A DNA stretch of 64,000 nt, from contig NC_043018.1 of NCBI RefSeq assembly GCF_006345805.1, forward strand, positions 13,330,001 to 13,394,000, read 5' to 3'. Shown piece after piece: positions 13,371-27,165 of the stretch (position 1 is its first letter; the number at the start of each line of letters is the position of its first letter). Source of the stretch: Octopus sinensis. Its lineage: Eukaryota. The notes beneath the pieces are model-generated. The model worked only from the letters and a program-made list of their open reading frames with translations, made no database searches and had not been told where the DNA came from. The position numbers and the translations under genes were made by a program.

Positions 13371-13639
13371 ATACATACATTTTTCTTTTCCAGCCCTTTT
13401 CAAGCCTAGCCAGACTCGTGGGCCCGGTTTCCCAGTTTCTGTGGCGTATGTATCCCCCCCCCAGCTAGACGGGACGCCAGTCCATCACACCTCATTGTTA
13501 TTGAATATGTATATAAACATCAACACAAGGAGTATTGATAGAACACACAGCTGTTGTGTGTGGTGGTTTATATGTGGTGCCCTGCTTGAGACAGATGAAT
13601 AAAGTTCAATTGTCGGGTGTCACCAAGCGTGTACTGGGT

Positions 13640-14165
13640 ATACACGAAGGGTGTTCATTAAAGATTTCCCCTGACCCACTTCCCAAGGACTGGGATAAAC
13701 GAAACTTGGCATAGTTATTAGTCCTTATTTACATGGCCACCACAAATGGTGATACACTTCTCGCTTTACGCAACTGTGAAAACCTCATCTGTAGAAGTCG
13801 GTAGGTTGCGTCTGGGGCCAAGACTTTACCTCGGAAATAAGTTTATCATCATCCGAAAACTGTTTCTCCTTCATAAAAGACTTCATGGTTGGAAAGAGGT
13901 GGAAGTCAGATGGTGTGACATCAGGAGAGTAAGGGAGATGAGGAAGGAGTTCATAGCTGCAGGAGAGTGCTTTCATTTGGGCAGCATGCACATTGTGAAC
14001 TGGGGTGTTGTCTTGGAGGAGGCGGACTCCTTTGGTCAGTATACCATGCTTCTCTGCTTTGATGTGTCCCACAAGTTCTGCAGCAGAGAAGCATAATATG
14101 CCCCGTTAATTGTGATGCCCTTTGTTTGAAAATTCTTCATCACTACTCCATGCTGGTCCCAAAAG
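13640..14165 (-). mobile_element. Mariner (Tc1/mariner) transposase remnant
   Basis: ORF 13785-14072 reads LLQDNTPVH...LLPHLPYSPDVTPSDFHLF, the mariner DD34D C-terminal motifs (compare YSPDLAPSD). Confidence 0.88.
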
Positions 14166-16560
14166 ACTTTTGTTCCTTATCCCACAGAACAATATCAGGT
14201 CTGTTACATTCGCTCCGAATTGATGTTTTTATTAGAATGTTCCCCCAGTATTCCCTGTTTTTAATGGTGTGAATACCTGCTGGTTCTGACATGCCTTTCA
14301 TGTATACGTCAGGACAGTATTTCCTGCAGATAACATTGGAAATATAATCTTTGTAACCATATCATGCTTCAGGAGCAGGTAGTGTCTGGTAGACTGCTGA
14401 TGAGGCAGGTGATATCTTCTACACTGGTAGACTGCAGAGACGACATTTTCACTTACAATGTGGAGATTTGGTGATGTTTTTGTCCCTCTTGTTTATCAGG
14501 TATTTAGTATCTATCTCCCCTTCGTGGATAGCAAAGGCATATTTTTCTAGGTGGGATGTAATGTATCTATCACAGGTCCAGGAGAAGCTACTCTTTCTGT
14601 CAATGCTACTGTTGCCCTCTAGCTTAAGGGATATGTACCCATGCATTGCATTTTGTTGACATGATGCCTGCTTCTCCTCCAGACTTTTGTTTCAGTTGGC
14701 CAATCCAACCTTCTTTGGATGGCATGGAATAGCTGTATTCTCAGAGTACCTGCTCAGTGGTTCTTCTCCAACTCTGAAGATGTTGCTGTTCTCACTTTTG
14801 AGTACACATGGAATATACTCATTGCTTTCTTTACTGTTCAGCAGGTGTTGTCTGAATGATACAATGCGATATTGAAAGGCGGGTTGCACAAACCTTTTGC
14901 CTCTACCGTTATCACTTCGTCTCCCATAAATCCTGTCCGTGCTGCTGTTAATGTGGAAGTTGGCAGTGGTCTTCAGTACTTGTTTTGTTTTGATGTCCAG
15001 TCCAATATCACAAATATTGGTACAAGCAATGGTACTGGAAAAGCACAGAGATATGGTCTTGCTAAAAGCTGACAGCTCTCAGTTCCTCTATGTATGTATG
15101 TGTGTCATTATTCAATTTTATTTCAAGATTTCTTGCTAATGGAGAAAGAGCCGGTTTCTAACCTATGTCCAAAGCTCCTTCATTGGAATTTCAACATCAA
15201 CAACAGGGTGGGTATGTATGCATGCATGCATGTATGTATGTATATGAGCAGATTTTCATGTTTTGTTTGATTTATGTATTCTCATGCATATAGCTACATA
15301 TCTAGACATGCTCATATATACTTAAATGATAAATTTCGGGAATGTTTTACAGATTACAGTTCCAGTGACGGATTGGATCTGTAGTCTTCGATCCAGCTTT
15401 CTCTTTTCTGGTTTTGAGATACCTACTTTCTCAAGATTGGTATTAAGGCAGAGGTAAGGCGGCGAGCTGGCAGAATCGTTAGCACGCCGGGTGAAATGCG
15501 TAGCTGTATTTCGTCTGCCGTTACGTTCTGAGTTCAAATTCCGCTGAGGTCGACTTTGCCTTTCATCCTTTCGGGGTCAATAAATTAAGTACCAGTTATG
15601 CACTGGGGTCGATGTAATTGACTTAATCCGTTTGTCTGTCCTTGTTTCTCCCCTCTATGTTTAGCCCCTTGTGGGTAATAAAAAAACAGGTATTTAGGCA
15701 GAGTGCTACATATCCCAGCGCCTCAATAATTACAGGTATGAACCTGAACTTGCAATGTGAATAGAGTAGCCTTAGATTCCTCAATAGTTCAGCGTATGTA
15801 TTTTCTTTCTTGCTGATCATCTAAACATCCGCTGGGCAGCTGGTTTCCGTCACTCTATGCAATTTCTCTTCTCAATCCCTAATTACTATGTCAGGTCTAT
15901 ATGTTTACATTTTACTGAGACATTCCACCAGTACTCCTTTTTATGAGTGGCTATGGCTTCTACCATATAGTAGGTTTATATTTCTTTGGCCTCGAGGTTA
16001 TCCTTCCAATGGATCTCATTATATAGTGCCCTAGCTACAGCATTATGTCTCATTGGCAGATAATACCGTGATGACATTTTCGGACAAGTGCTTATGATGT
16101 GAGTGATATCTTCGGTGTTAACAAAGTCTGCATCGTCTGCCACATTTCACTGCTTTTCCTACATTGCTGTCTCTTTTGCTCATTGGTTTATATTTATTAT
16201 TCGTGAATTGCAAACGCACACCCTTCAAAGTGAGAGGTAGTAATCCGGTTGTTGGTCCATGATAAACTGCTTTGATGATCAATGTTACTATCATCACGGA
16301 GCTTTCTAATAACGTATCCATGCATGGTCTTCTGCTGATGTACGCTCATCCTTTCATCCGGTGATGCATTGTGGTAGAATTGTGAGACTTCTTTAGGCAT
16401 GTATTTAAGGTGATCAGACAAGGAATGCTGCTCAAAGAGCTGCTTTCCAAGTCTCATGATGTTAGCCTCATGTATGCAAACTTGTGTGTATGTATGTGTA
16501 AGAATTAGCACTTCCTTCTCTAAGCTTGGATTCAAAATCGAATCCAAGAATCATCGGTCG
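14165..16560 (-). mobile_element. Decayed RLE-type (R4/Dong-like) LINE fragments, interrupted by a SINE
   Basis: ORF-track pieces MHGY...FAIHEGEIDTKYL and MHGYVI...FEGCAFAIHE, plus RLLYSHCKFRFIPVIIEALG. Confidence 0.7.
15456..15692 (+). mobile_element. tRNA-derived SINE, family 2 (central CCTTTCATCCTTTCGGGGTCGATAAA domain)
   Basis: Related copies at about 18510-18900, 27744-27960 and 59920-60445 (-). Pol III B-box-like GAGTTCAAATTC. Confidence 0.75.
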
Positions 16561-17026
16561 TCAAATACCAATGCACGTTTAGGCGCGAAATTAAGATTCC
16601 TTTGTTTTGACAAAAAGTGATTGATCGTCTCCCTTTGACCTCCGACCTGAGCCATGTCAAGCGAAGTTCAAGTGGACGAACGATGACCTACTTAAACAGT
16701 AACTTTGTTGCGATATATCTATTTTTCTGGCTGTTTGAGATTTTATAAATAGAAAGGGAAAAACGACTAGAGACACAGACAATCGGAGCTGACGCTCAAG
16801 CAGACACCCCGCGTTTTGGAGACGACTAGAGAATATGCCTACAGGTTACTGTCCTGAATGATTTACTCACACACACACGCAAACATATTCTTTAATATGT
16901 ATTCTGTACAAGCAATGCGTAGCATTGCTTACAAAATTTATGTAGTGTAAATAAATCTCTATTTAATCACGAAACAACTTCTGTATTTATTAATACACAC
17001 ATACATCCACTACATATGTATTTATT

Positions 17027-17084
<58 letters not shown>

Positions 17085-18049
17085 AAATAAATATACATCT
17101 TATTCACGCGCACTCTCTCGCACACAGACGTATCCATGTATATATATCATGAATAAGCAATTTTAAACTGCGCTGTGAAAAATAGGGTCCGTAGTTGAAA
17201 ATGAAGAGACATTGCTCAAGTAGGAAATGTGATTGAAATTTCCCAGTCCCTTTGATTCATTAAAACCATCAACAGGTCTCAGCGTACTCTGCCGGGTTAC
17301 TGAGAAACAACAGGGATCTTTAAGTAGAGAGAATGTAAGAGGGATCAAGTTTAGTTTTAAGGTTTTCCAGCCTGGGCGATGAGCAACTGATCAAAAAATG
17401 GTGGGCGATTGGAAATTTTGGTGGGAAATATAAGGCATGCTAACCGAAAAAATAATTAAAGGAGATATGCAAAGGACCTGTATCATAAAAAAGAAAAAGG
17501 TGGTTAAATGGGAATAACTGTACCACATTCCTGAATAAGAAATAAATATCTCTGCAAAAAACGGAATATTTCAGTATAAACTAGTTTGGAGAAGTGTCGT
17601 TAATATTCAAATGGTTCTTCGGACGAAATAACATTTTTTTCGGATGTAAATGAGATAAGGAAAGGTTAAAAACAACTTTCCAGGTAAGATTAAGAAGTGA
17701 CTCTCTGGTAAACTTGCAAACGTCGCCAGTAGCGAATGATTACATAAAACTGACACCTCTTAGAATATTGTAGACGATGCCAGGTGTGGACCTGTTCACA
17801 GCTCAATGCCAACGCTCATGTAAACAGACAGCCACTCGAACTTATTGGACTCTATTGATGGCCAAGTGATTGCAATGGTCCTGTGTTCTCGTAATTGTCG
17901 ATTATTGAAAACAGGCTTCAAGCAACAATATAAGTTTTCTCCATATATTATATGAATTTTAAACACCCCAATGTCTCTAAGAGAATTTATCGTCGATACA
18001 GTATTTATTATTTATCACATTAGGATCTATCGCTTGTCTTCAGTGCATT

Positions 18050-19530
18050 GACTTACCTAAGTGTCTTCAGTGCAACCCAACTTTAAGCCAAGAAGCCTTC
18101 AAGCTTCGAGTATCATTTATATTCTAAGCATCCTGATCAGAAGGAGAAAGCTTTGTCATCTTTCTCGTATCTTAAGACCTCATTCGAAAAGCAGAAAACG
18201 TTGATCTCGGAATTTCAGAAAGCAGCTGTGCAGTAAGATAACGGGTTGATTGCATCGTACAACGTTGCATTACTGGTCGCAAAGGCCGGTGGGTCTCACG
18301 CTGTGGGAGAAACCGTACTTCAGTCTGTTATTGAAGAAGTTCTCTTGAATGTAATACATAAAAAGCCTGACACAATTGTCAATACAATTCCACTTCGTAA
18401 TAACACAATTCCCCAACGTACAGATTGAAATGGCCATCGACGCCAAAAACATTTGCTCATCTCCGGAGTTCTGAATTTTCCAAACAATGATTAATGATGG
18501 TGTATCTTTTTAGCACGCCGGTGAAATGGTATTTCGTCTGCCGTTACGTTCTGAGTTCAAATTCCGCTGAGGTCGACTTTGCCTTTCATCCTTTCGGGGT
18601 CGATTAGATAAGTACCAGTTACACACTGGGGTTGATGTAATCGACTTAATCCGTGTGTCTGTCCTTGTTTGTCCTCTCTATGTTTAGCCCCTTGTGGGTA
18701 CCTATTTCTTTACTACCCCCTTATGGGTAGTCAAGAAATAGGTATTTCTTTTGTCTTTAACTTCTGAGTTCTGCTGAGATCAATTTTGCCTTTCATCCTT
18801 TCGGGCTCGATAAATTAAATACCAGTTCCGTACTGGGGTCGATCTAATCAACTGGCCTCCTCCCCGCCCCAATTTCAGGCCTTGTGCCTAGAATAGAAAA
18901 GAATATTGTGCATCTGATGGAGCGCCTGCTATGGTAGGTGGGTACAGAGGTCCCTATTCTCTCTTGAACTAGCAGGATACTTTTTTTCAGAGAAGTATTC
19001 GCCAAACTAAAAGAACAAACAAACGAAAGCAAAAAAAACAAAGAACAAAGCAAACAAACAAAAACAACAAAAATAACGTCTGTCGACTGTAAATCGCCCC
19101 CCCCCCACTCTGCCTTTCGAAATTAACGATTTTGTAAGATGAACATTTGAAGAGGTCAACTTCAATTTCCACGATTGAAAGACGAATTAGTTGAAGGGGA
19201 TTTCCTTACTTGTTACGATTATTTGCAAAGACTGCATGGTTCAGCGGTTTCAGGATATCCTGGCATTGCTTATTTCCAGTTTGGTTTAACAACCAGTTTC
19301 GAAGTTCAAGACGGAGAAGACGGTGTGAGGCAAGAATTGGCAGATCGACAAAAATGGCAACGATGCCATCGAAGTATGGCGACATCTTATTCCAGTCAAT
19401 TGAAGGAGTTGGTTTTGTCTGCCTTCCCAAAGTCCCGTTTCGTAGAAGTTGGCTTCAGCCGCGCTAACACTTTGCTATCTAAAAACAGACATAAGCTTAT
19501 TATAATCAAGCCAAGTGACTTTCGGTTGAA
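18050..19530 (+). mobile_element. Decayed hAT (Charlie/Buster-like) transposase, interrupted by SINEs
   Basis: ASYNVALLVAKAGGSHAVGE...IPLRNNT (18246-18428), and LSAFPKSRFVEVGFSRANTLLSKNRHKL...DFRL in ORF 19175, resembling the hAT C-terminal region. Confidence 0.72.
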
Positions 19531-19844
19531 GACGTGGAGTGAAGCCATTTTGGAAGTCTTCGGCGCGCTTGTGCAGAGTTGGATTTCTTCCGGTAGGCCG
19601 GAGGAAGTTCCCTCATGCGCATGCGCAGAGAACTACCAACAGCAAGATTTCCCGCTGGATCCGTCTTTTCGGATCTGCAGCCGAATTGAATGGACACGCG
19701 TCCTCACGGTTCTCCCAAGCAAGCCAAACACGTGGAGAAACCCTTCTACGCTGGAACGAGACAGCATTTGGCTCACACAAGTTAACTAATATAACTAGTT
19801 CCATGGCCCATGGCTACCGGGTCGCCCTGAAGGAAATATATGTA

Positions 19845-20067
19845 GGTACTACTTGAGAACAGTGGTACCGGGGCGCGCACTCGCGTATCCGCGCTAGCTA
19901 GTCATGACTAGTCGATCCTACAACGACTACCTAGCAAAGTAAATAAAACACAAAAGCAAAATAAATAACAAAAACACAAAGTAAGGATCGACTAGTTATG
20001 ACTAGCTAGCGCGGATGCGGGACTACTCCGAGTGCGCGCACCGGGACCACCGTTCTCAAGTAGTACC
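19845..20067. mobile_element. CpG-rich foldback/MITE-like element with about 75-bp inverted arms
   Basis: Arms at 19845-19919 and 19984-20067 (GGTACTACTTGAGAAC...GTTCTCAAGTAGTACC) around an A-rich spacer. Confidence 0.7.
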
Positions 20068-20376
20068 ATATATGTGTATATATTATTGCGAATCCAGAGA
20101 AATAAATATTATTTATTGCTGTTGAAGATATTCAAAGTCTTGGTTTGACAAATAATTTAATGTAACGGGATGAGACCAGCATCCCTCAAGTGTTCCAGAG
20201 AGCTCCATCCTTGTTACAGATGACTACTTTTAGACTCGACGCTGCGTCGCATGAGACACAAGGGTCGCATTTATGATACATAAAAGTGATGTGTGCCCAA
20301 AATATCTGATGTTACTACTTTTAACATTACTTTCAATAAAGAATCTTGTAATGTAAAAATTATTCACTTTTTGGCG

Positions 20377-20784
20377 ATCTTTCGTCTCTAGTAGACCTTT
20401 CCGTCGATTTCCGTAAAAAAATATTTTTTTTTACATATGGGCTTGCTGGAACTTTTGAAGTAATATACATACAAATACACATACACCGAGTAAAAAATTT
20501 CAGTTATCTCTCTCTTTCACACATTACTCTGTCTCTTCGCACACACTAACAGAAGCACTTCACTTACACAACATACTGTCTGTCTCCCACACCCCATCAA
20601 ACACACACACATGTCCATCAATGCTCCCATGCACGGTAACTTCAAAAGAACTTCCCTCGTCATACAATCGCTTTCTCTTAGTCTCTTTCGCTCTCATTAC
20701 TTCAAAAGTTCCCGCAAGCCCATATGTAAAAAAAAAAATTTTTTTTACGGAAATCGACGGAAAGGTCTACTAGAGACGAAAGAT
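20377..20784. mobile_element. Foldback/MITE-like element with about 88-bp inverted arms
   Basis: ATCTTTCGTCTCTAGTAGACCTTTCCGTCGATTTCCG at 20377 has its reverse complement ending at 20784. Arms are about 20377-20464 and 20696-20784. Confidence 0.75.
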
Positions 20785-21623
20785 TGCCCACTTTTTATTG
20801 TTTTGTAAAAGTTAATTAAATATTGTTACTGCTTGCTTTTCGATATTTACTAAAGATGCGGGCAGTGGAAAATTTTTCTGTGTGAAAAAGGCTGGGAAGC
20901 CCTGGTCTTGATTTTTGTTACATTATCTGTAACGCTGTTTGAGAATGAGGAAAACAAAAACCCAAAAAATGAATCAAGACAAATACGCAGAGAGAACAAT
21001 ATCATATTTATATATAAGTACCAAATATAACAAATTAAAGTGAAATGATTTCTCAAAAAAGAAACAGAATATAAACATTAAGATATATTATAAATGTAAC
21101 ACATTTTAACTAACTGCATTTGAAATACTGATAAGTATTACTATAGTCAAAAAGTGTTTTATTAAAAAAAAAAAAACGGACACAACCCTCTGCACATATG
21201 TGCGCGCCCTCACACAAGTGGTTAGAGCGTTGCATTCTCGATCTCTAGATGATAGGTTCGATTCCCGGACCGGGTGGTGTGTTGTGTTCTTGAGCAAAAC
21301 ACTTCATTTCACGTTGCTCTTGGGTGGGGGTGGCAGAATCGTTGGCGCGTCGGCAGAAATACTTTACGGTATATCTTCCGGTTCTCTGCATTCTGAGTTC
21401 AAATCTCACCTGCTTGAAAAAGGCAACGGGAAACCACTCCAGTGTTCATCTTAAGCCTGGTTATGATAGCCGAACTTCCAGTAATCTACTTAACAGCAGC
21501 AAAGGAAGCCACGGGTCTTCCCAGGTCGTATGAAGAATACTGGGTTCACATGCGCAGTAACTGCTCAAGGGCAGACCACTGCTAGACTATATATACATAC
21601 ATATATACACCCCCATATATATA

Positions 21624-21661
<38 letters not shown>

Positions 21662-22449
21662 AACAAGGTATGTAATATATATATATATGTATGTATATAT
21701 ATACACACACGCATATTTGAATGTATATATGTATATATGTGTGTGTGTGTATAAATATTCAATTTTTAAAAAGTGTATAATCTTTACATAGCGCCAATCC
21801 TGTCTTCGTGCCCTGTACTCGATGGAGATCGACCTGAATACTATAGAAATGTCGACATGGACGTATAATTTTCTTTTCCCTTTGATAGAAACCAGTGAAT
21901 GACGTCGTAGGTGTCGTTATATTGGTTATTACTACGACATCGACACAAGGCCTTCATCTTTTCTTTCCGTATTCCTTCCAAAGTGTATAGACTTGTATAT
22001 GTGTGCGTATGTCTGGGTGCACGTTGGTTTCGCCCGGATGTATGCGTGTGTAGGTGTATCTATCTCTGCCTTTCTCTCTTCTCTTCAAGGCCTTCTGTCT
22101 TGGTACATTCCTATTATCTCACCTTCTATCGCTCTCGTTCCTACTTCACCAACTCGCGGATCCATAATGTGCATAATCGGGTAAATAAAGGCATGCTACA
22201 AACATAATATTTTACTGTGATTTTCGCTGATAATCCCGAGGAAGCGCGCCAATCGGATTGCGTAGCAGTCAATCGGCTCGTGTAATAGCGACAGTCGTCT
22301 TGCGGAAATGCGCTTATATTACATAAAGCTTAAAAACACTAATCACATTTTTTGCATTTCTTACTAATGTATAATACGACTCGAACTCTGCACGCTAGCC
22401 TGCTCTGGGATATGGTGGTTATTGTAATACTGCGTAGAGCATAGACGCG

Positions 22450-22498
<49 letters not shown>

Positions 22499-23128
22499 AT
22501 ATGTCAGGTCACTTTCGAGTGCTACTGGTAACATGTAACCCAGTACAACCTGTTGCATGGTCGGGTCGTCGGCGACTAAACCGGCAACCCCACCAAGCTT
22601 CCTTGGTGAGGAGGGTGTTTATTGGACACCCTGCGGGATGAAAAACAAAACCCATCAAAGGGCGGAGGAACTCTTGAGTGTCAACGGCCATCCTAGCCTT
22701 TGTTAGGGCATCCTTCTAGGAGAAGGTAACTCAAGTAACTGGGATAACTCCGATATAAAACCCGCGGCTCAGTGGTTACCGATGATGTTGACTTGTTCTT
22801 CTTTTCGGATTATGGCTGCTGTTGCTTAGTGCACAGCCTTTCCTCACTTAAAAAAAAATCTTCTTTGCACAGGCATTGCACAATAACAATATTGATTAAG
22901 CTTCGTGCAATGGCCATACTCGATAACGAGGGGGCAGCCACCATGTATGTATGTATGTATGTATGTATGTATGTGTGCGTGCGTGTGTATGTATGTATAT
23001 ATGTATGTATGTAATGTATGTATGTATGTATGTATGTATGTATGTATGTATGTATGTATGTATGTGTGCGTGCGTGTGTATGTATGTATGTGCGTGTATA
23101 TATATATATATACCGTGCAGATATGAGA

Positions 23129-24624
23129 TTAAAATTGTGTCTCATAACTATCTGAATGATCAGACAATGTTTCTTCGTCAGTCGAAATGGTCACCGAATT
23201 TGAATCGTCATTGCACGTTTCCTGCAGAGCTGCGTCCACATTGTCTCCAGCTGAAGCCGTCTCCACGCCAACGTTGTTGTTTTCATACTCTACATTCGCA
23301 GCCGCTGAACTTGTCGTAATCGAACTCCCCATCGACGTCTCCGTTTTCGCTGCCGTTGGTGTTCGTGCATTTGGCGTAAACTTCGTTGTTGCGGTCCGCT
23401 TTTTTGATGAAATGAAGAATGATGCTGCCTTTTTAAGTGGATTCTGTTTGGACTTGAAATTTGAATTTCCCGGTAAGCTTCGATCAGATGTAAATCTCAG
23501 CAACTTATTCTTTTTCTTTGATCTAACCTCAAAATCCTCATCAGAGCTTGATCTATCGTTTTCTTGTATTTGGACATCGTTATGTGAATGAATGATTGCA
23601 TCTGTTTCGAAAAGTGAATTATAGTTTGAAAATTGAATACTTGTCAATTTATTCCTTAACTTTGGAGATGATGAACCGTCGTTCTCACTTTCAGTAATAC
23701 AAATGGAATCTTCCTGCCCATCTTTGTTCGATTTTACATTATTTTGGTTTCTCCTTTCCATTAATATTTGCGCAATTCCTCGAACAGTCTTCAAATCGTT
23801 ACCAGTTGCTTGAGTGACGAGACATCGCCATCTGTTTTTGATCTCGTCTGTTTTTCTGAAAACTTCTCCTTTTATGTCCTCGTTATCAAGTAGTGGCATC
23901 CAATTCATTTTTGGTTTGTTGATCGAAAATAGATGCGGCATTTCGTCCTGATTTACATAATCCTCCACTACATTAACCAACGTATTCTCGGCCTTCGACG
24001 GAAGATCTTTGTACAGGGATGGAGTCTTTGACTTATATATTTTCTTTGTTTCACGCCGATTCTTTTTCGTTGCGTAACTAGAGCTACCAACAGTATCGGT
24101 TGTTGCATCACTGACATTGTCACCTTTACTTGCTGAAAGTAGACTCTGGCGACATTCTTCGATAATTTCTTTATTGATCGGCTTCAACGACAAATCGATA
24201 GTCGATAAAATATGTAAGAATGTACCGCATCGATGAAACAGCATAGCGATCAGTTGAATTACCAAAGTCACACCAAACACGGCTGAAAAGACAAGCGAAA
24301 TGACATTTACGATTTTGGTTTTATTCGTGTCGGAACAGTAAATTTGTAAACCAATACTCTTGCTTGTCTGAACATTATATTCAATGGCGTATATAACTAC
24401 TACAAATAAGGCATTTATTATGAAGAATGCCAAACAAACGTTGTTGCGAAGCTCGAGTAACTTTGTTTGCATTTCTTTCTTTTTCTTTTCATCTTCATCA
24501 ATGGGATAAAGGTATTTTTGGATAAGCTCACGCCAGAATTCCTTTTCGTTTTCACTAAGTTCAGTCTCATTAAGAGTTTTCAAATACTCATGCTCCTGCC
24601 AGTATCTTGGTCTACCACTCGAAT
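23129..24624 (-). CDS. CHS: Chitin synthase terminal coding exon
   Basis: gaatcag|AT acceptor. Translates (D)SSGRPRYWQEHEYLKTLNETELSENEKEFWRELIQKYLYP...LLELRNNVCLAFFIINALF...QLIAMLFHR, followed by a long S/T/acidic tail ending at the stop at 23129. Confidence 0.92.
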
Positions 24625-25866
24625 CTGATTCATGAAAAAAAAAAAAGAGAATAAAATTAATAATGAGAAAAATAAAATAAATAAAAGATAAATAAAAGGG
24701 GGAAATAGTATAATTGAGGCCTTAGGATTTATACATTTACGGGTATTATTTTTAATTTTCCTCTTCTTTTGAACTGCGGACGTACTGAGCGAGATTTTAT
24801 TAACATTACATTTATCATCTTTATTAAAAACAAAAACCCCTACCAGTTTCAATTGATCAGACTGCCATGTGCTACATATCTTTTTTGTCAAAGAGTTTGC
24901 GTGAATTGGCCGGGTCGGTAAATCATGGAATCGAACAAAAATGCCAGGAAGTAGTTAATTACAAGTTATGTCCTTTTGTGAACCAAGTTTAAATCTTGTC
25001 TTTGGAGTCAATAAGCTAAAATATAAGTCAAGTACTGGGGTCGATTTAATACTCCTATAAAGTATCCTAGATGTGAATGATACAGAATGCTATTCTCAAT
25101 CCGCTGCACTGAGAATTGCACACTACCGTCCCAGCTGCGTTCGTCGAAAGTCTGTAGCTGCACCGTTCGCACTCATATGCATAAAACAATGCAGTACCAA
25201 ATCCCGTGCACGCACACTCAACGCTTCCCGCAAGTCGACTCTGCACGAAACCCAATCTGCACGCCTTGCACACGAGCTATTCGAACCCACTCGAATACAT
25301 ACCAGCACCCCTGTGCATATCACTTCAGATTCTTCTTGGTATCTATAATTTTTCTGGCCTCGCTTCACCTCCATCTATTCACTTCCCGCTTTCTGTTCAC
25401 AATTCTGAACTTTGTTCTATTATCGCATTGTACATATCTCTTCCTTTCCCCTATCATTCGCTTACGACAAGTTCACTAAGAGGGAAAGGGATGAAATGGT
25501 TAGTTCCTCGATTCTTAGTCAAGAATCGAACCTTAGCCTTGATTTTCCCGTAAGCTTCTTCCCATTGCTCTTGGCATTCGTGCTTGGAAATTTAAGAGAG
25601 TCAACTGTCCATAGATATGCCCTATTCTTTTACTCAACGTCTCAGGTGAAATTTAGTCCAACGCAGATAGGCACATTCACTTTTTGGCCTCCCCAACTGC
25701 TTTCAGCTTTCGAAGATGAATAAATTCAAATCCTTTCCAAATGTTTTCGGACACTTTGCTGTCGCTCTTAGATGTCGCACGTCTATCTTTTTCTAGCACC
25801 TTCATCTGACACAAACTTACCAAAAATTGTGCGAGCCTTATCGCTATTATATATATATATGTTTAT

Positions 25867-25894
<28 letters not shown>

Positions 25895-25898
<4 letters not shown>

Positions 25899-26274
25899 CT
25901 GGCAGTATAGCCCAGCGTTGCTCGGTTTTGTTTCGACCCTTTAGAATTGGAATTTTTGAAAAGTAAAAATTTTGCATTATGTAGCTTGTTATTCTTTTTA
26001 AGTGAACATTTTTCTGGTTGAAATACACCGAAAAATGGCGACACGGCAGTCAAAAATCGTAAAAAATAGGGATTTTCATAGAAAAAAAGCATCTTTTTGA
26101 TGTAAATACTTTTTGGTATTAACATGATCCGATTTGAATTTTTTCTTCTACGGAGTGAAGAGCAAGCCTTCTTCTATCATACTCTCAATTTTGGTCAACT
26201 TATGCCGCAGGATCTCGGAGGAGATAGTGTTAGTTGAAGGCTACCAAACCTGCCACACATACAAACAAGTTCAG

Positions 26275-26290
<16 letters not shown>
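25895..26290 (+). mobile_element. Non-autonomous element inserted in (TA)n, Helitron/Helentron-like (tentative)
   Basis: A near-full-length copy lies at about 57625-58030 (-), and a related 5' end (TACTAGCAGTATCACCCGGCGTTGCTCGG) at about 37920. Confidence 0.55.
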
Positions 26291-26318
<28 letters not shown>

Positions 26319-27165
26319 CGGGCGGCTTTTAAGCTACTGACCACGAATGGGAAGATCTGCAAATAGATCTCTGACTTATTTTGAAGAATTTGTTGCAATT
26401 ACTTCCTCCAGGGTCACATCTCAATGATGATCATATTCGCCGTAAAAAATTCATGTGAAAAGAATCGCTGAAAACAACCGCAGTAATGAAAACATAGGAA
26501 TCCAAAATTTGAGGATTGCAGGTCCGGATTCGGCCCGGAATGTTTTTAATTTACTCATGGAGTCAGCCTGTAGGAGTAAAGTTGAAAAAGTGTGACACAC
26601 TGACATTCACATTTATTATTGAGTGAGAGAGAGCAGGCATGCCATCAAATTGACACTGGGGTAAAATATACAAAGCCCAGTATACCCATCATGACTACCC
26701 GTCTGATAAGGGTACACCAGGCACATGCATCACAACCATATGTGCACGACATGGTGATCTCAGCACATGACCTTGCAGGTGGGGTCCAGTTAGAATTTTC
26801 TTCTGGTCGAGTAACCCATCCCACTCGAAAGGTCCTGAATAAGGGTTGTTTAATGATGTTGAAAGAACCACCCATGTTTCCAGAGGTGAATTATTCAAAC
26901 CCCAAAGAATCCCTCTCAACACACGGCAATGATGCTCCCCCACTACTTCTGCTCGTGATCAGAGATGCACATATCGTCAGCCACTAAGGGACATGCTCAA
27001 CTGGTTAAGGTCAAACAACTGACAAGCAAATCTGTGGTATTGAGCAGAATATTTGCTGTAGCCCATCTTTTATAACCAAGACAAAACAATGTACATGATA
27101 ACACTTCCAATCAGTTAAGATCAGAAGCCATGAGAGCCACTGCCTGGTACTGCATCAGGGCATTT

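Noticed and set aside
19175-19856. 204-aa and 105-aa ORFs suggesting a novel gene
   Set aside because: The N-terminal half matches the decayed hAT transposase C-terminus and the rest runs into unrelated repeat-like DNA. No exon structure.
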